Assembly: GCA_023334545.1 (NCBI GenBank)
Contig: JAADVB010000187.1
Span: forward strand, 1 to 37,912
Length of the DNA: 37,912 bases
Direction: 5' to 3'
Source of the DNA: Salisapilia sapeloensis CBS 127946
Taxonomy: Eukaryota; Protista; Oomycota
Below are positions 20,792-30,899 of this stretch, piece by piece; the stretch's first letter is position 1, and each line of letters starts with the position of its first letter. A program made the translations under genes and the position numbers. The notes beneath the pieces are model-generated. The model was not told the DNA's origin. It worked only from the letters and a program-made list of their open reading frames with translations, and did no database searches.

Positions 20792-22606
20792 ATGCCCTTA
20801 TTCCAGTTTAAACAGCAGGAATCATCCTCCTCTACTTCCCTCCGCCCGTCCTTCTCCAAGCGCCCTTCAAGAAACTCCAGCACGAAACACCAGAGACAAA
20901 GTCGCGGGAGCGATAAAGCCAAGGACGGACTCACGTCCTCCTTTCTCTCCACCGGCGCGACGTCCATTTCATCGTCCTTAAACGACAGGTTCAGTAGCAG
21001 TCTCTACAGCCACGTTGAGTCAGACGGGGAAGACGGAGAGACGCCTCAGTCCAGTGGAGAAAGAATGCGACAGCACAAGTCGAACTCACCAGAGTCGACG
21101 TCCTCCACCTCCTCCGATGCCTCCTCTCTCGCCAGTTTCCGGCAACTACGCTTTTCTATGAGCTATCGCAGTAGCAAGAACGCTCATACGTATCGAGACG
21201 TTCCGAATGTAGATGAAGAAGACACGTTCCAGAACGAATCCCAGAACCGGCAAAAGCGACTAGAAAGCTATCGTGACTCAAGTACCGTTCGTTCCAGCGT
21301 CAGTACTGAACGTATGACAGACATGTATATGCACGAACCGAAACGTGCTGCGAGTGAGTCGTATGTAAAAGCGTATGACGATGGGAAGGAAGAGGATGAA
21401 GATGAGATCGATCCCACTTCCATCACTTTTCCGACACCATCCCAACGCACAAATCGCATGCAAGAAGTTTGCGAAGCAGAGGAAGATGCTGAAACTGATG
21501 TCACAGCAAGTCGTAAGGAACAGACGCCAAAGATAGACCCGTCGGCTTTGTCGGAAGTCAGTATCGCTGCCTTGCAAACGCGTCGTGCTTTCCAGCAAAT
21601 GGTGCTAGCGATGGAAGACGAAGACTCGGATTCGAACGACTCGGATGACGAAGGTCCTCAATCTTCTACCTTTAGCACTGGGTCGTACCCTCGTAGCGGT
21701 AGTCTCCAAGCCCCAAACTCCAACTCCTCCACGCTCTCATCCATCGGCCGTGCTAGTGGTGGCGTACGAGTGAGTCAGGACGAGTACCGGAAGTTCCAGT
21801 TCCGACTTCGACAATTGGAAGAACAAGTACAGGAACAAGCGAGTAAGCAGGCGCATATGGAAGCTACAATCGAAAAGGAGGTGGAGAATCGAACGAGAAA
21901 GGTAGTGGAAGCCATGGATAAGAAAGTCAGCATGTACAAACGCGCCAAGGACCTCGAGTGTGAGCGAGAGGTACAGCGTCGAGTATCGGAGCGAGAACCT
22001 GTTCGACAGAGCTCTGGTCTCTTCCGAGGCAGCTCTCGAGCAACGAACTTGAGCTTTCGAGAGAGCGCCTTGAGTTCCGATGCAGAGCTCTCTCGTCACA
22101 CGGCAATTGGTGCTCAAAGACATGATGACAAGCATACACCTTTGGACAAGATCCTCCATCCACGACGATCGAAGCGACGGAAAGAAAAGATGAAGGAACA
22201 GGAAGAGCAACAGCAAAAGGAAATGGAGCAATTCCGGGAATTTATCCGATCGACCGAGATGAACGTCCAGACGTTCGGCGACTCGGACGGCGTGGCGGAT
22301 TATAGTGACTTGGCCTGTCTGCAGGATCTTGGGGATGCCGATCTAGCCCAAGCGCTTGCGAATGCACCTACGGAGGCACTCATTGAGATGGTGTGTACGT
22401 TGCACGAGCATGTGACGAGTCAAGAAAGACAATTGGAGGATGCGAAGAATTTGCTATTAGATGCATTGGAAGCGAAGGAGGAGGCTCAGGAGACGGCCAA
22501 GGAAGCCGTGGATCTGAGCGAGCGGCTGGATGCAAGGTTGTTTAAAGTAGCAGAAGAACTAAAGCGGCAACGATCGTCCGAACGAAGGACGAGCGTGCAG
22601 GATTAA
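20792..22606 (+). CDS. Ser/acidic low-complexity protein with C-terminal coiled coils; function unknown
   Basis: 604-aa intronless ORF. The N-terminal half is S/E/D-rich. Heptad-like stretches include FRLRQLEEQVQEQASKQAHMEATIEKEVE and LHEHVTSQERQLEDAKNLLLDALEAKEEAQETAKEAVDL. Confidence 0.8.
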   Translation: MPLFQFKQQESSSSTSLRPSFSKRPSRNSSTKHQRQSRGSDKAKDGLTSSFLSTGATSISSSLNDRFSSSLYSHVESDGEDGETPQSSGERMRQHKSNSPESTSSTSSDASSLASFRQLRFSMSYRSSKNAHTYRDVPNVDEEDTFQNESQNRQKRLESYRDSSTVRSSVSTERMTDMYMHEPKRAASESYVKAYDDGKEEDEDEIDPTSITFPTPSQRTNRMQEVCEAEEDAETDVTASRKEQTPKIDPSALSEVSIAALQTRRAFQQMVLAMEDEDSDSNDSDDEGPQSSTFSTGSYPRSGSLQAPNSNSSTLSSIGRASGGVRVSQDEYRKFQFRLRQLEEQVQEQASKQAHMEATIEKEVENRTRKVVEAMDKKVSMYKRAKDLECEREVQRRVSEREPVRQSSGLFRGSSRATNLSFRESALSSDAELSRHTAIGAQRHDDKHTPLDKILHPRRSKRRKEKMKEQEEQQQKEMEQFREFIRSTEMNVQTFGDSDGVADYSDLACLQDLGDADLAQALANAPTEALIEMVCTLHEHVTSQERQLEDAKNLLLDALEAKEEAQETAKEAVDLSERLDARLFKVAEELKRQRSSERRTSVQD

Positions 22607-23605
22607 TCGTCGGGCTTGAGCTAGATTGTCAGGATATCCATTTGTCCAGTGTAATTTTGGTTTTAGAAGTAGCAAAAGAAATACGAACAGCTTTTGCAGA
22701 GAAAAGCAATTGGAGGTATTTAGGTAGCTTGGTAGCTACATTGATGTGATCTTTTCCGTAGACAGAGATGCCGGGTACTTGAACTGAAGGTATCGACATG
22801 GAGATGAGTAACGTAGGCTCATTTGTATTTACATTCGTTCCATTTCATTGCAATCTTCACTTTGGAAACGTGCATTGCTACCTTCCCCATTTACACATGG
22901 ACGGCTTTGTAATTACGATGGATTGTGGTGCATGGCAACCACAGTTTACTCTTGTAGATCGTCATAAAACTATCTCTAGTAATGCACGATACAACGCATC
23001 TCTAGAGTATCCAGTAACTTTAATCGAGGCATAAAAGATGTGATTTATGATAGAAAGTCTGTGTTGTGTCGAAGTTTCCACCTAGCTTGGGTGGTAGACA
23101 CACGTAGAAACAAAAGTATGATTGCAACCGATATGGCGGTAAGGATGGCATTAATCAAGGGTGTGGTAGACACCTTGTCCTTTTGACTCAGACCGTCTGA
23201 GCGGTAAGTATGCACGCACCTCTGAATACGAACAGTGGACACGAATGCTGGAATAAGACGAGCGGCACCCGATCAGGATAGTATAGAGTATAATCGAAAA
23301 CTTCCATGGAATTATCGGTGATATGTGAACTGTAGATCGTGAAGAGAACACAAATTTTAAGGTCAGCTTTACATCCACGGTAGATGGCGACCGGGATAAT
23401 CATAAGCCGTGTTCCATCGCGTAGCCGAACCGGTATACGATTTGTGGCTCACAAGTCTCATGGCTGTACCCATTTGATGGAATTTGTGGCTAAGAAAGCC
23501 AGACTGCCCGCATTATAATAGCTACTTGACTGTCCTACTAAAGGCAAGTGTTTATGGCATGACGACCGTTCCTTTTTACTAGCTGCACATCGCATCTGCC
23601 ACTTG

Positions 23606-25268
23606 ATGGGTCTATCATTTCGAGATAAGCTGGACGAGGACGAGTGCTGCATGGGCGCTCGCGTGTTTGTCCGACTGTACGACAGCGTCCGAGGTTTTGA
23701 AACCGATGATGAGGTAGTCGCGCTGCCGGCGCCTCCGCTCTCATGGCAGTCCGTGCTACGCACCGCCATTGGAGCTGTCTGGAAGGAAGACGTCACGGAC
23801 CACATGATCGACAAGGCCAAGCTCTATTTGCTGCCATTCGATACGCAAGATCTATGTGCAGAGGTACATGTCACCTATTTTGTGTATATGACTTGAGTAG
23901 CTCACGAACGCATGACACTAGGTTACGTCTCGATCGCTTCGACAGGGTATTCGAGAGAATGACCGGTTGGTCGTGTGTCTTAATGGTGAAAAGTATACTC
24001 CGCCAGCCAAGCGTGATGCTTTAGACCGAAGCCCCTCGACGAATTCACAGCCGAGTCCACGGAACGATGCATCCGAGGGTAGTCCCAATGCTTCAAGTGC
24101 TGGTCGTAGAGGCACTAAGCGCAGTCGTAGTGTGTCTGGGAAGATGGCGGTGATGAAAATCATGCGCGACAAGGGACTTATTAGCAACGAAAGCTTTGTA
24201 AAGCTCAAGGATATTCTGTTGAATGAAAAATCGATGGAATTGCAGGAAGCTCTGGATCGATATAACACCACAGGCGACTTTGAACCAGTGAATCAAATCC
24301 TCATGCGACAGATACGAGTCCCACATAGCAAACGGAACGCTGGAGATGTTTTGTCCGAGACATTTACGCTCGCATTCAGTCAACCACCCCCCTCCGAGAC
24401 AGCGGAGAAAGCGACGGTCAACCTTCCAGACCGTTTTCCACTCACATCTCCAAGCCCCTACGCATACGCGACGTCTCAATCTGCAGCAAATCCAACCGTC
24501 AAAAGCACTTCTCAGTTGCATCCTCGAGACCAACCGTCACGAAGTTACCAGGTAGAAGGACATCCAATGGACGCGAATGGAAACTATGGCTATAATCCCT
24601 CTGCACCTCCGCCGTACCAGCAGCAGATGCAAGATCCATCCGCCTATCACAACATGCCAGATCAAAGATTTGACATGAGTCGGATTAACATGCCGATGCG
24701 GAATCGAGACGCCATGGTACGGCGGAATATGACGCAGATGGACATGTACCATCCGCAACAAGCGTACGGGTATGGTTATGGAGGGTATCCGGCAATGCAC
24801 ATGGCTGATCCGAATATGAATATGCAACACATGGGATACCACCCTTCGTACTACCCACCCGCTGGCATCCCGATGAACGCGATGGGCATGCAGCACCAGT
24901 ACGAGTACTACCCTGGATACGGCAGTACGATGCCTCCTCCACACCCGAACCCAATGACTGGCGCAGCGGCTGCTAGTGGAAAATGGGTGGCACCACCTAT
25001 GCCATCCTACCCTGGTGCATGCTCGAAAGAGGAGAAGCGAGTGAAGATTGCTCGATGGCTTAAGAAACGTGAGAAGCGAAATTGGAGCACAAAGCCTTCG
25101 TACCCTGTCCGGCACAGTATTGCAAAGAACCGCGTACGTGGTGAAGACGGTCGTTTTATTCCAAAAGCGAAGCTAGCCGAGATGGCTGCAAAAGCTGCTG
25201 CTGAACAGGCAGGGAAAGAGAATACAGAAGACACGCCCATGCCAACAGAAGTGAAAGCTGGGACGTAG
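23606..25268 (+). CDS. CCT-domain protein (putative transcription regulator) with an N-terminal folded domain and a P/Q/M/Y-rich activation-like region
   Basis: Exons 23606-23863 and 23922-25268 (phase-0 GT-AG intron). The C-terminal KEEKRVKIARWLKKREKRNWSTKPSYPVRHSIAKNRVRGEDGRFIPK fits the CCT pattern (R..R...R.F.K...Y..R...A..R.R..GRF). Confidence 0.82.
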
Positions 25269-25332
25269 GATGGATAAAACAAAAGTATTGTGATCGTTTG
25301 ACAATTCGTACATGAACATGCTTCCTATGAAC

Positions 25333-25866
25333 TTATAAAGGTTTAATCGCCGGACTGATGCCACTTGGGATCCGTGGCTCGCTCTTGACATTGCACGTGG
25401 TAAAGCTTAGTAGAGCTGTAAGAGCTGCTACTTCATCTTTCGTACTGCATAGAATAGTCGAGGCATCTTCCCAGCCGCCTCGGTTCCAGTTGAGGACATT
25501 TAGAGCCCACTGGTGTGCGACGTCATCGGAAGATGCTGCCAGTCGCATTGAGTATGTCGTTCTCATCTTTTGACGAGTGGCAATGAGCCTTTCGGACATT
25601 GACGGATTCTTGTGTAGCGGAGCGACCGATGGAGATTTTGCAGGCCAGAGTGTCGCGGAGATGTGGAACTGATGAGTCATCCTCTTCTTCGAGTCTGGTG
25701 TCAAGTACACCTCAATTTTGGCACCCGTAAGAGGTATAACACCCAGGAGTTCCCCTCCACGACTGCTAAAGTACTGGAAGATGCCTTCATCAAGGATACA
25801 GTAAATGATCTGCGCTTCGTTGCCATCAAGATGGACCAAGTAGCCTTCGCAGTTACCGTACGTCAT
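25333..25866 (-). CDS. Small single PH-domain protein
   Basis: CEGYL...YCILDEGIFQYFSSRGGELLGVIPL...HQFHI...MRLAASSDDVAHQWALNV follows the PH beta-strand and C-terminal W-helix pattern. Confidence 0.75.
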   Translation of the reverse strand: MTYGNCEGYLVHLDGNEAQIIYCILDEGIFQYFSSRGGELLGVIPLTGAKIEVYLTPDSKKRMTHQFHISATLWPAKSPSVAPLHKNPSMSERLIATRQKMRTTYSMRLAASSDDVAHQWALNVLNWNRGGWEDASTILCSTKDEVAALTALLSFTTCNVKSEPRIPSGISPAIKPL

Positions 25867-26266
25867 GGAGCTGGCGGTAGCAGGAATGAATTGCCTAGTG
25901 TTTCCTCGAAGGAAAGAAGAATGGAAAGACGCAAATTAAAGGCCGTGAGAAGGCGATCAGATCCCAAAAAGCTTGGAAAACGGAATGCGTTGAATAGGCA
26001 ACGAGTGGGAAGAAGTCAGATCAGAACCGTGGGCACGGAAGACTACATACAAAAGATTCGGACAAGTCGAGTACTTGGGATAGTCTCAGTTGACGCCAGA
26101 CGCACATCGCAGTAGTCGTTGCAAATGAATGGAAGAAGAAGAGATTGTTGCGGAGAGTAAAATGCGTGAGATTCAAATTAGTAGACGTAACCGCCAGACC
26201 TGGCCACTTGCTACCTTGAAGACAAAATGGAAACCTAGATGTTCCCTTTTTATTCGTAAATGAAGT

Positions 26267-27826
26267 CTAGTGCGAGTCCACGTACTCTCGGATCCACCTG
26301 CGCATGCTCATAATTTCCATCTTCCTCGCAGCTCGCACAGATTCTGGATCGAGCGGATGACTAAAGAAGAGATCAAGGTGATGCGCTCCATCTTCAATGT
26401 CCACGACACTGAATTTCCCACCTTCTGGTACGTGCTTCACTCCTCCACTGGACCATGGGTCCAAGAGTCCATTGCTGAAAACGATGTTGGACACGTCATA
26501 CAGATTCTCGTCGCCATACAAGACTCGAATCCAGTCCGGGTCAGGGGTCACCTGCCATGTCTGTTGGCAGTGGGTGGTAATATCGTCTAGCGTCACCGAC
26601 CGGCGCCAGAACATGTCCGTCTCACCGTTCGTGTCAAAGTAGGTTTCCTGTGGCAACATCTCTGTGCAGTACTGGTAGTCCCAAATGCCATCAAAGTCCA
26701 ACGTCGTGGGGAGTTTCGTGCATTGGACGTCTCCGGTGGCGTTGTTAAATACGTTTCCGGCATCTCGTAGTCCTGTCAACAAGCTCGTCACTTGACTGCT
26801 GTTCAGCATAGTGCCATAATCGCTCGCCAAGTGATCGCAAGCAGCTCGAACAGGCCATGCAGGCAAGTCCGCAGCTCCGCTCGTCAAGTAACTCGACGCG
26901 TACGGAAAATTGCCCATTGCCATCGTATCGAAAGCTACCAAGATACCCATGGCAAGTTGCTCAGCCTGAGCTTCGTCTGTCATGGGTTCACAAAGCCTAA
27001 AGATATTCGTGATATTCCGTCGTCCCTTTTCTGTCTTAGCCATGTCGAAGAGAACGGACCATGCTCGCTTGGCATTCGAGATGCAGTTAGGGGCAGCCCC
27101 AGCTTCTTCCGAAGCATCTCGAGTCACGACTTGCCAGTACTGTTGGCCTTGGAAAGATGGGAATGCGTGAGGAAAGCCAAAGATCGGAGCAGACGCTGCG
27201 ATCGCTCCATGGACGATCGACGGATACTTGATACGGAACCAAGCAGATAGCATACCGCCATAGGAACCTCCAAAGACAATCACAGGATGGTCTTTTACCT
27301 TATATGTATCCTGCAAGTAGTAAATGAGCTCTGCAAAGTCCGCGAGAGCCTGCTCATGGGTCAAGTAGTTGAGGTGGTTCATATAGTCTGCTCCGTATGG
27401 TAGACTAGAGCCATAGTAACGATGCTCTGCAAAGACGATTAAAGCTTTAAAGTCAGGAGCGTTCTCCCACATGAGCCCCGTGTGATTCACGTACAGCGTG
27501 ACATCGGCTTCGTTGCCAGTGTAGAAGAAAAGAGGAGCTGATGGATCGGATGGATCCCAATGATCGTCATTGACAAAGTATCGTTGCTTGTACGTAGCTG
27601 GAGACGGGTCAGTCGTTGAATTAGCGACGTACGAGAAGTGATCTACACGCTGGTCGATAAAGAACTCGCTGCAATTGGACAAATCCGCATGGACGAACGG
27701 AGGTAGATGAATGGAGTCATAATCGTCACTCGACAAAGTCGTTTCTTCCACAATCAGATTGTGCGTATGCAGTAGCACGAAGAGACCGAAGGCTACTGCT
27801 AGCGATGTATACAAGAGTAGTCGCAT
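26267..27826 (-). CDS. PRCP: Lysosomal Pro-X carboxypeptidase (serine peptidase S28)
   Basis: Likely start MRLLLY at 27826 with a signal peptide or anchor. Motifs QRVDHF, FFYTGNEAD, AEHRYYGSS, nucleophile GGSYGGMLSAW, ASAPI, FSNGLLDPWS and GAHHLDL. The Ser-Asp-His triad is intact. Confidence 0.95.
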   Translation of the reverse strand: MRLLLYTSLAVAFGLFVLLHTHNLIVEETTLSSDDYDSIHLPPFVHADLSNCSEFFIDQRVDHFSYVANSTTDPSPATYKQRYFVNDDHWDPSDPSAPLFFYTGNEADVTLYVNHTGLMWENAPDFKALIVFAEHRYYGSSLPYGADYMNHLNYLTHEQALADFAELIYYLQDTYKVKDHPVIVFGGSYGGMLSAWFRIKYPSIVHGAIAASAPIFGFPHAFPSFQGQQYWQVVTRDASEEAGAAPNCISNAKRAWSVLFDMAKTEKGRRNITNIFRLCEPMTDEAQAEQLAMGILVAFDTMAMGNFPYASSYLTSGAADLPAWPVRAACDHLASDYGTMLNSSQVTSLLTGLRDAGNVFNNATGDVQCTKLPTTLDFDGIWDYQYCTEMLPQETYFDTNGETDMFWRRSVTLDDITTHCQQTWQVTPDPDWIRVLYGDENLYDVSNIVFSNGLLDPWSSGGVKHVPEGGKFSVVDIEDGAHHLDLFFSHPLDPESVRAARKMEIMSMRRWIREYVDSH

Positions 27827-28048
27827 TGGTAGCACACTTACTGTCGAAAAACTATTAATACTCGAATAAATCATAGGAACGTTCCAAGGTCGTACAGTGT
27901 GTCGCGAGGGACGAAACGATGGGCATGTGCCCTCGAGGCACAGTCCGTCCGCCTGTCCTAGTGCGTGGTAGCAATCGACGTCCTTCTCGAGCTCTCTGCA
28001 TGGGTGAGAGGGAGGTGATGGCGTCGAAATGACCGAATCAGATATGTG

Positions 28049-28816
28049 ATGTTCAAATTATTCTGTCTGACAAGAAATTGGTCAAGCATCCGCCTGATCA
28101 TGTTCGAGTGGCTTGTACCGTTCATACCTCCTGCATTGCGCGTCAACCGCGAAACGCGAGATGCTCTAGCTGCTTCCTTGAAAGATAACCTACGTCCCGA
28201 GTCCATTTGGCATGGTGCTGCTCTGACGTACTCCTTTTTAAAGACACATCGAGCTCGGATCACGTGGACAGTCGTGCTTGGTGGTATCTGGCTAGCAGCA
28301 TTGAATTGGATTCATTACGAAATGCATGAATTCACGTCTGCATTCGTCACTTTGTCCATGTTTTGCGTGCTTGGTGTCAACGTCATGTCGGATAATGGTG
28401 ATAAAAGCGAGATGAGCGCGTATTCTGTCTTTAATCAAGGAGCGCAGCGTATGCTGGGATCACTTTCGGCAGAGCAATTTGAGGTATACTTGTCGTATGA
28501 TTCGTTCCTTTTGCCATGTAGATTTTAAACTAGTGCTGCATAGAATGAGATTTTGCATCGACCACAAGGCAGAGGCGATGATCTAGGTAGACAGCAGGAT
28601 GATCTACAAGATGACTGGGACGCAGCCGTTGACGAGGATGATCCGTACGGATGATTTAACTGTTTCACTAAAGTATCTAAAGCATAAAGATCAATGTGCT
28701 CACGGCGATATGTATCATGTAGAGAGCTCCTCGCAGCAATTGAAGAATCGTTAAAAGAGCACAAGCGTGAAAGCCGACGTCATCGAAGGACAAACCGTCG
28801 GAGTGGCAAGAAATAA
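28049..28816 (+). CDS. SAYSD1: SAYSvFN-domain protein (SAYSD1-like) with a C-terminal UIM-like helix
   Basis: Exons 28049 (or 28100)-28483, 28544-28644 and 28723-28816. A membrane hairpin is followed by the exact motif MSAYSVFNQGAQRMLGSLSAEQFE. The spliced tail reads DEDDPELLAAIEESLKEHKRESRRHRRTNRRSGKK*. Confidence 0.88.
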
Positions 28817-29123
28817 GCACCCTGTATTATTTCCTTACCTACCACATCCATCTTTTTCCACGTTGCTCATCCATCACCCTACTCAATGAAATTACTTGCA
28901 TACAATTACATGTACTTTGCATTTATTTTTGACATTATAGCTTATCCATCTTGTCCACTTCCTACGAGATCATTGGGATGCTCGATGTCTCCATAAATGA
29001 ATCCATGGAGCATTTTATCCTGTCCATTAAGCATGCTTCAAGTACAAGTGATTTCTTCTATTAACAGCCAATCATATGTCTTTTACTTGCACACAAGAGA
29101 TAACAGATTATCGAAGCGTAGAA

Positions 29124-30406
29124 ATGGCAGCTTCCACGTCCACTTCAGCACCTCATGAGTACGTTTTGCTCTGCATAAAGCATATTACATTGTCTCCCTG
29201 TATCAATCTAATGATCTGGCATGCTTTTTGGCTGCAATAATCAGGTAATTAATGCGATTGTATCATACTAACTTGGATGTTTGCTCTGTCTTGCAGAGTT
29301 GTGGTGGCAATTGACGGTGCAAACGTATGTGGCGGAGACCGATATGCGACTAAGAAGCTAGAAGCAGCAGTAGATTACTTTCGGCAACTAAAGCCATCTC
29401 CAGAGACGAATATGATCGTTAAATGTGTCGCATTCGTGCCGAACTTTTGGCTGAATGAAAAACCGAAAGAAGATGGAGGTGAACGTATGGAGACTGAGGG
29501 ATGGGAATTGCTTGGAAAATTAGTGAAAGACAAAAAAGTAACTTTGACGCCATCTCAGGTACATTCCATGTATTCACCACATGCCAATAATGTTTCCCTG
29601 AGCTTGCTGGCACTTGTAGGCACATGATGACTTCTACGTCATCGCTTATGCCATCAAGTATAATGGTTTCATCGTCTCGAACGACATGTACCGAGACCAT
29701 GTTGCGAATAAGGTATGCATCTATCCAGTTATCCATGCAAGCGTCCTCTAATGCGTATACAAGCGGATTTTCCATGGCAAAGTGCTGCGAATGAGCTGGT
29801 TAAAAAAGCACGCGATCGACTTTACGTTTGTCGAAGATGAGTTCATGCCAAATCCCGTCGCTATTAACAGGTTGCTTACGCACACACCGCATCTGGATTC
29901 GCCTCCGTCTGCTCGTGGCTCGGTGTTAAGTTCAATATCTAACGAGAGCACGCCTACAGCACCGCTTGCAAAGCCTGCCACGACGTTAGAAGCGGAGAAC
30001 GAACCAGATACCTCACTTCAAGTGAAGGCGAATAGGACGATAGATCTGGAGGAAGTCACAAACTACCGCGTTCCATGGGAGCTCGTGCCTTTTATCCATG
30101 GAGAAAATGGAGAAACGCTCAAGAACTTTAAAGAGCATACGAATACGCATATCCTGATTCCTCATCCAAATGGTCAGCGGGACATTTCTGGGCGACAGCA
30201 TGCTGCAACGTTGTCCATCTACGGGTACTTTATACAGCAGTGATTGTGGCGTATGGTGACTAAAGACAGAGGATAGAGCGGAAGAGAATAGAGCACAGGC
30301 AGTTCAGGCATTGGACATGCTGCTTCACGATCACTTGAATGGCAACTTGGTACTGTCTTCGGAGTCGTACGCAGCGAATGCACAGGAAGAAATGGAGATT
30401 GACTGA
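29124..30406 (+). CDS. Zc3h12a/Regnase-type PIN (NYN) ribonuclease with a C-terminal KH domain
   Basis: Exons 29124-29158, 29297-29558, 29620-29712, 29764-30224 and 30277-30406, all GT-AG and in frame. PIN motifs: VVVAIDGANV, TPSQAHDDFYVIAYA, GFIVSNDMYRDH, FTFVEDEFMPNP. KH motifs: YRVPWELVPFIHGENGETLKNFKEHTNTHILIP...LSIYGAEENRAQAVQAL. Confidence 0.85.
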
Positions 30407-30899
30407 CTGGATATTGTGTCTTCCATCTATTCATATCATGGATCCTCCTCAAGCAAGTAATTCTTTATCTTCACATCACATTGTCTTTTGCATAAAGAAC
30501 GACATGCGAATGGATGTTTTGTTACAACTAGATGTGCTGTCTATGGCGTAATATATAGCATTGACTGTCGCGTCAGAAGATAAAAACTTTATATTTTCAC
30601 TTAGAACGATTTAATCGTGAAAACTTTTTCTAGTAGAGATACAGCGAAAGGTGCATCCATGACGAGATGATAGGAAATACTTTGATAACTAGTGTTTTTT
30701 CCAAGTGGAAACGAAGAAACAACAATCTATAGTCGTTAAGTGCAAGTAGTTTTCCTTCTAGCTATCGTATAATTCAAAAGTAGGCAAGAAGTCGGGCGAG
30801 ATTCGTGGCTTGTTTATATTGTAATCAAAAGACGAAAGTGTAGTACTGAACACCGGTTGGTAGTGTTGAAGCAAAGCTTCATGCATGCCAGAAATCTCT

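Noticed and set aside
30404-30463. Possible stop-codon readthrough (TGA-C context) of the PIN-KH gene
   Set aside because: The extension (LDIVSSIYSYHGSSSSK*) carries no targeting signal such as PTS1, so there is no functional rationale.
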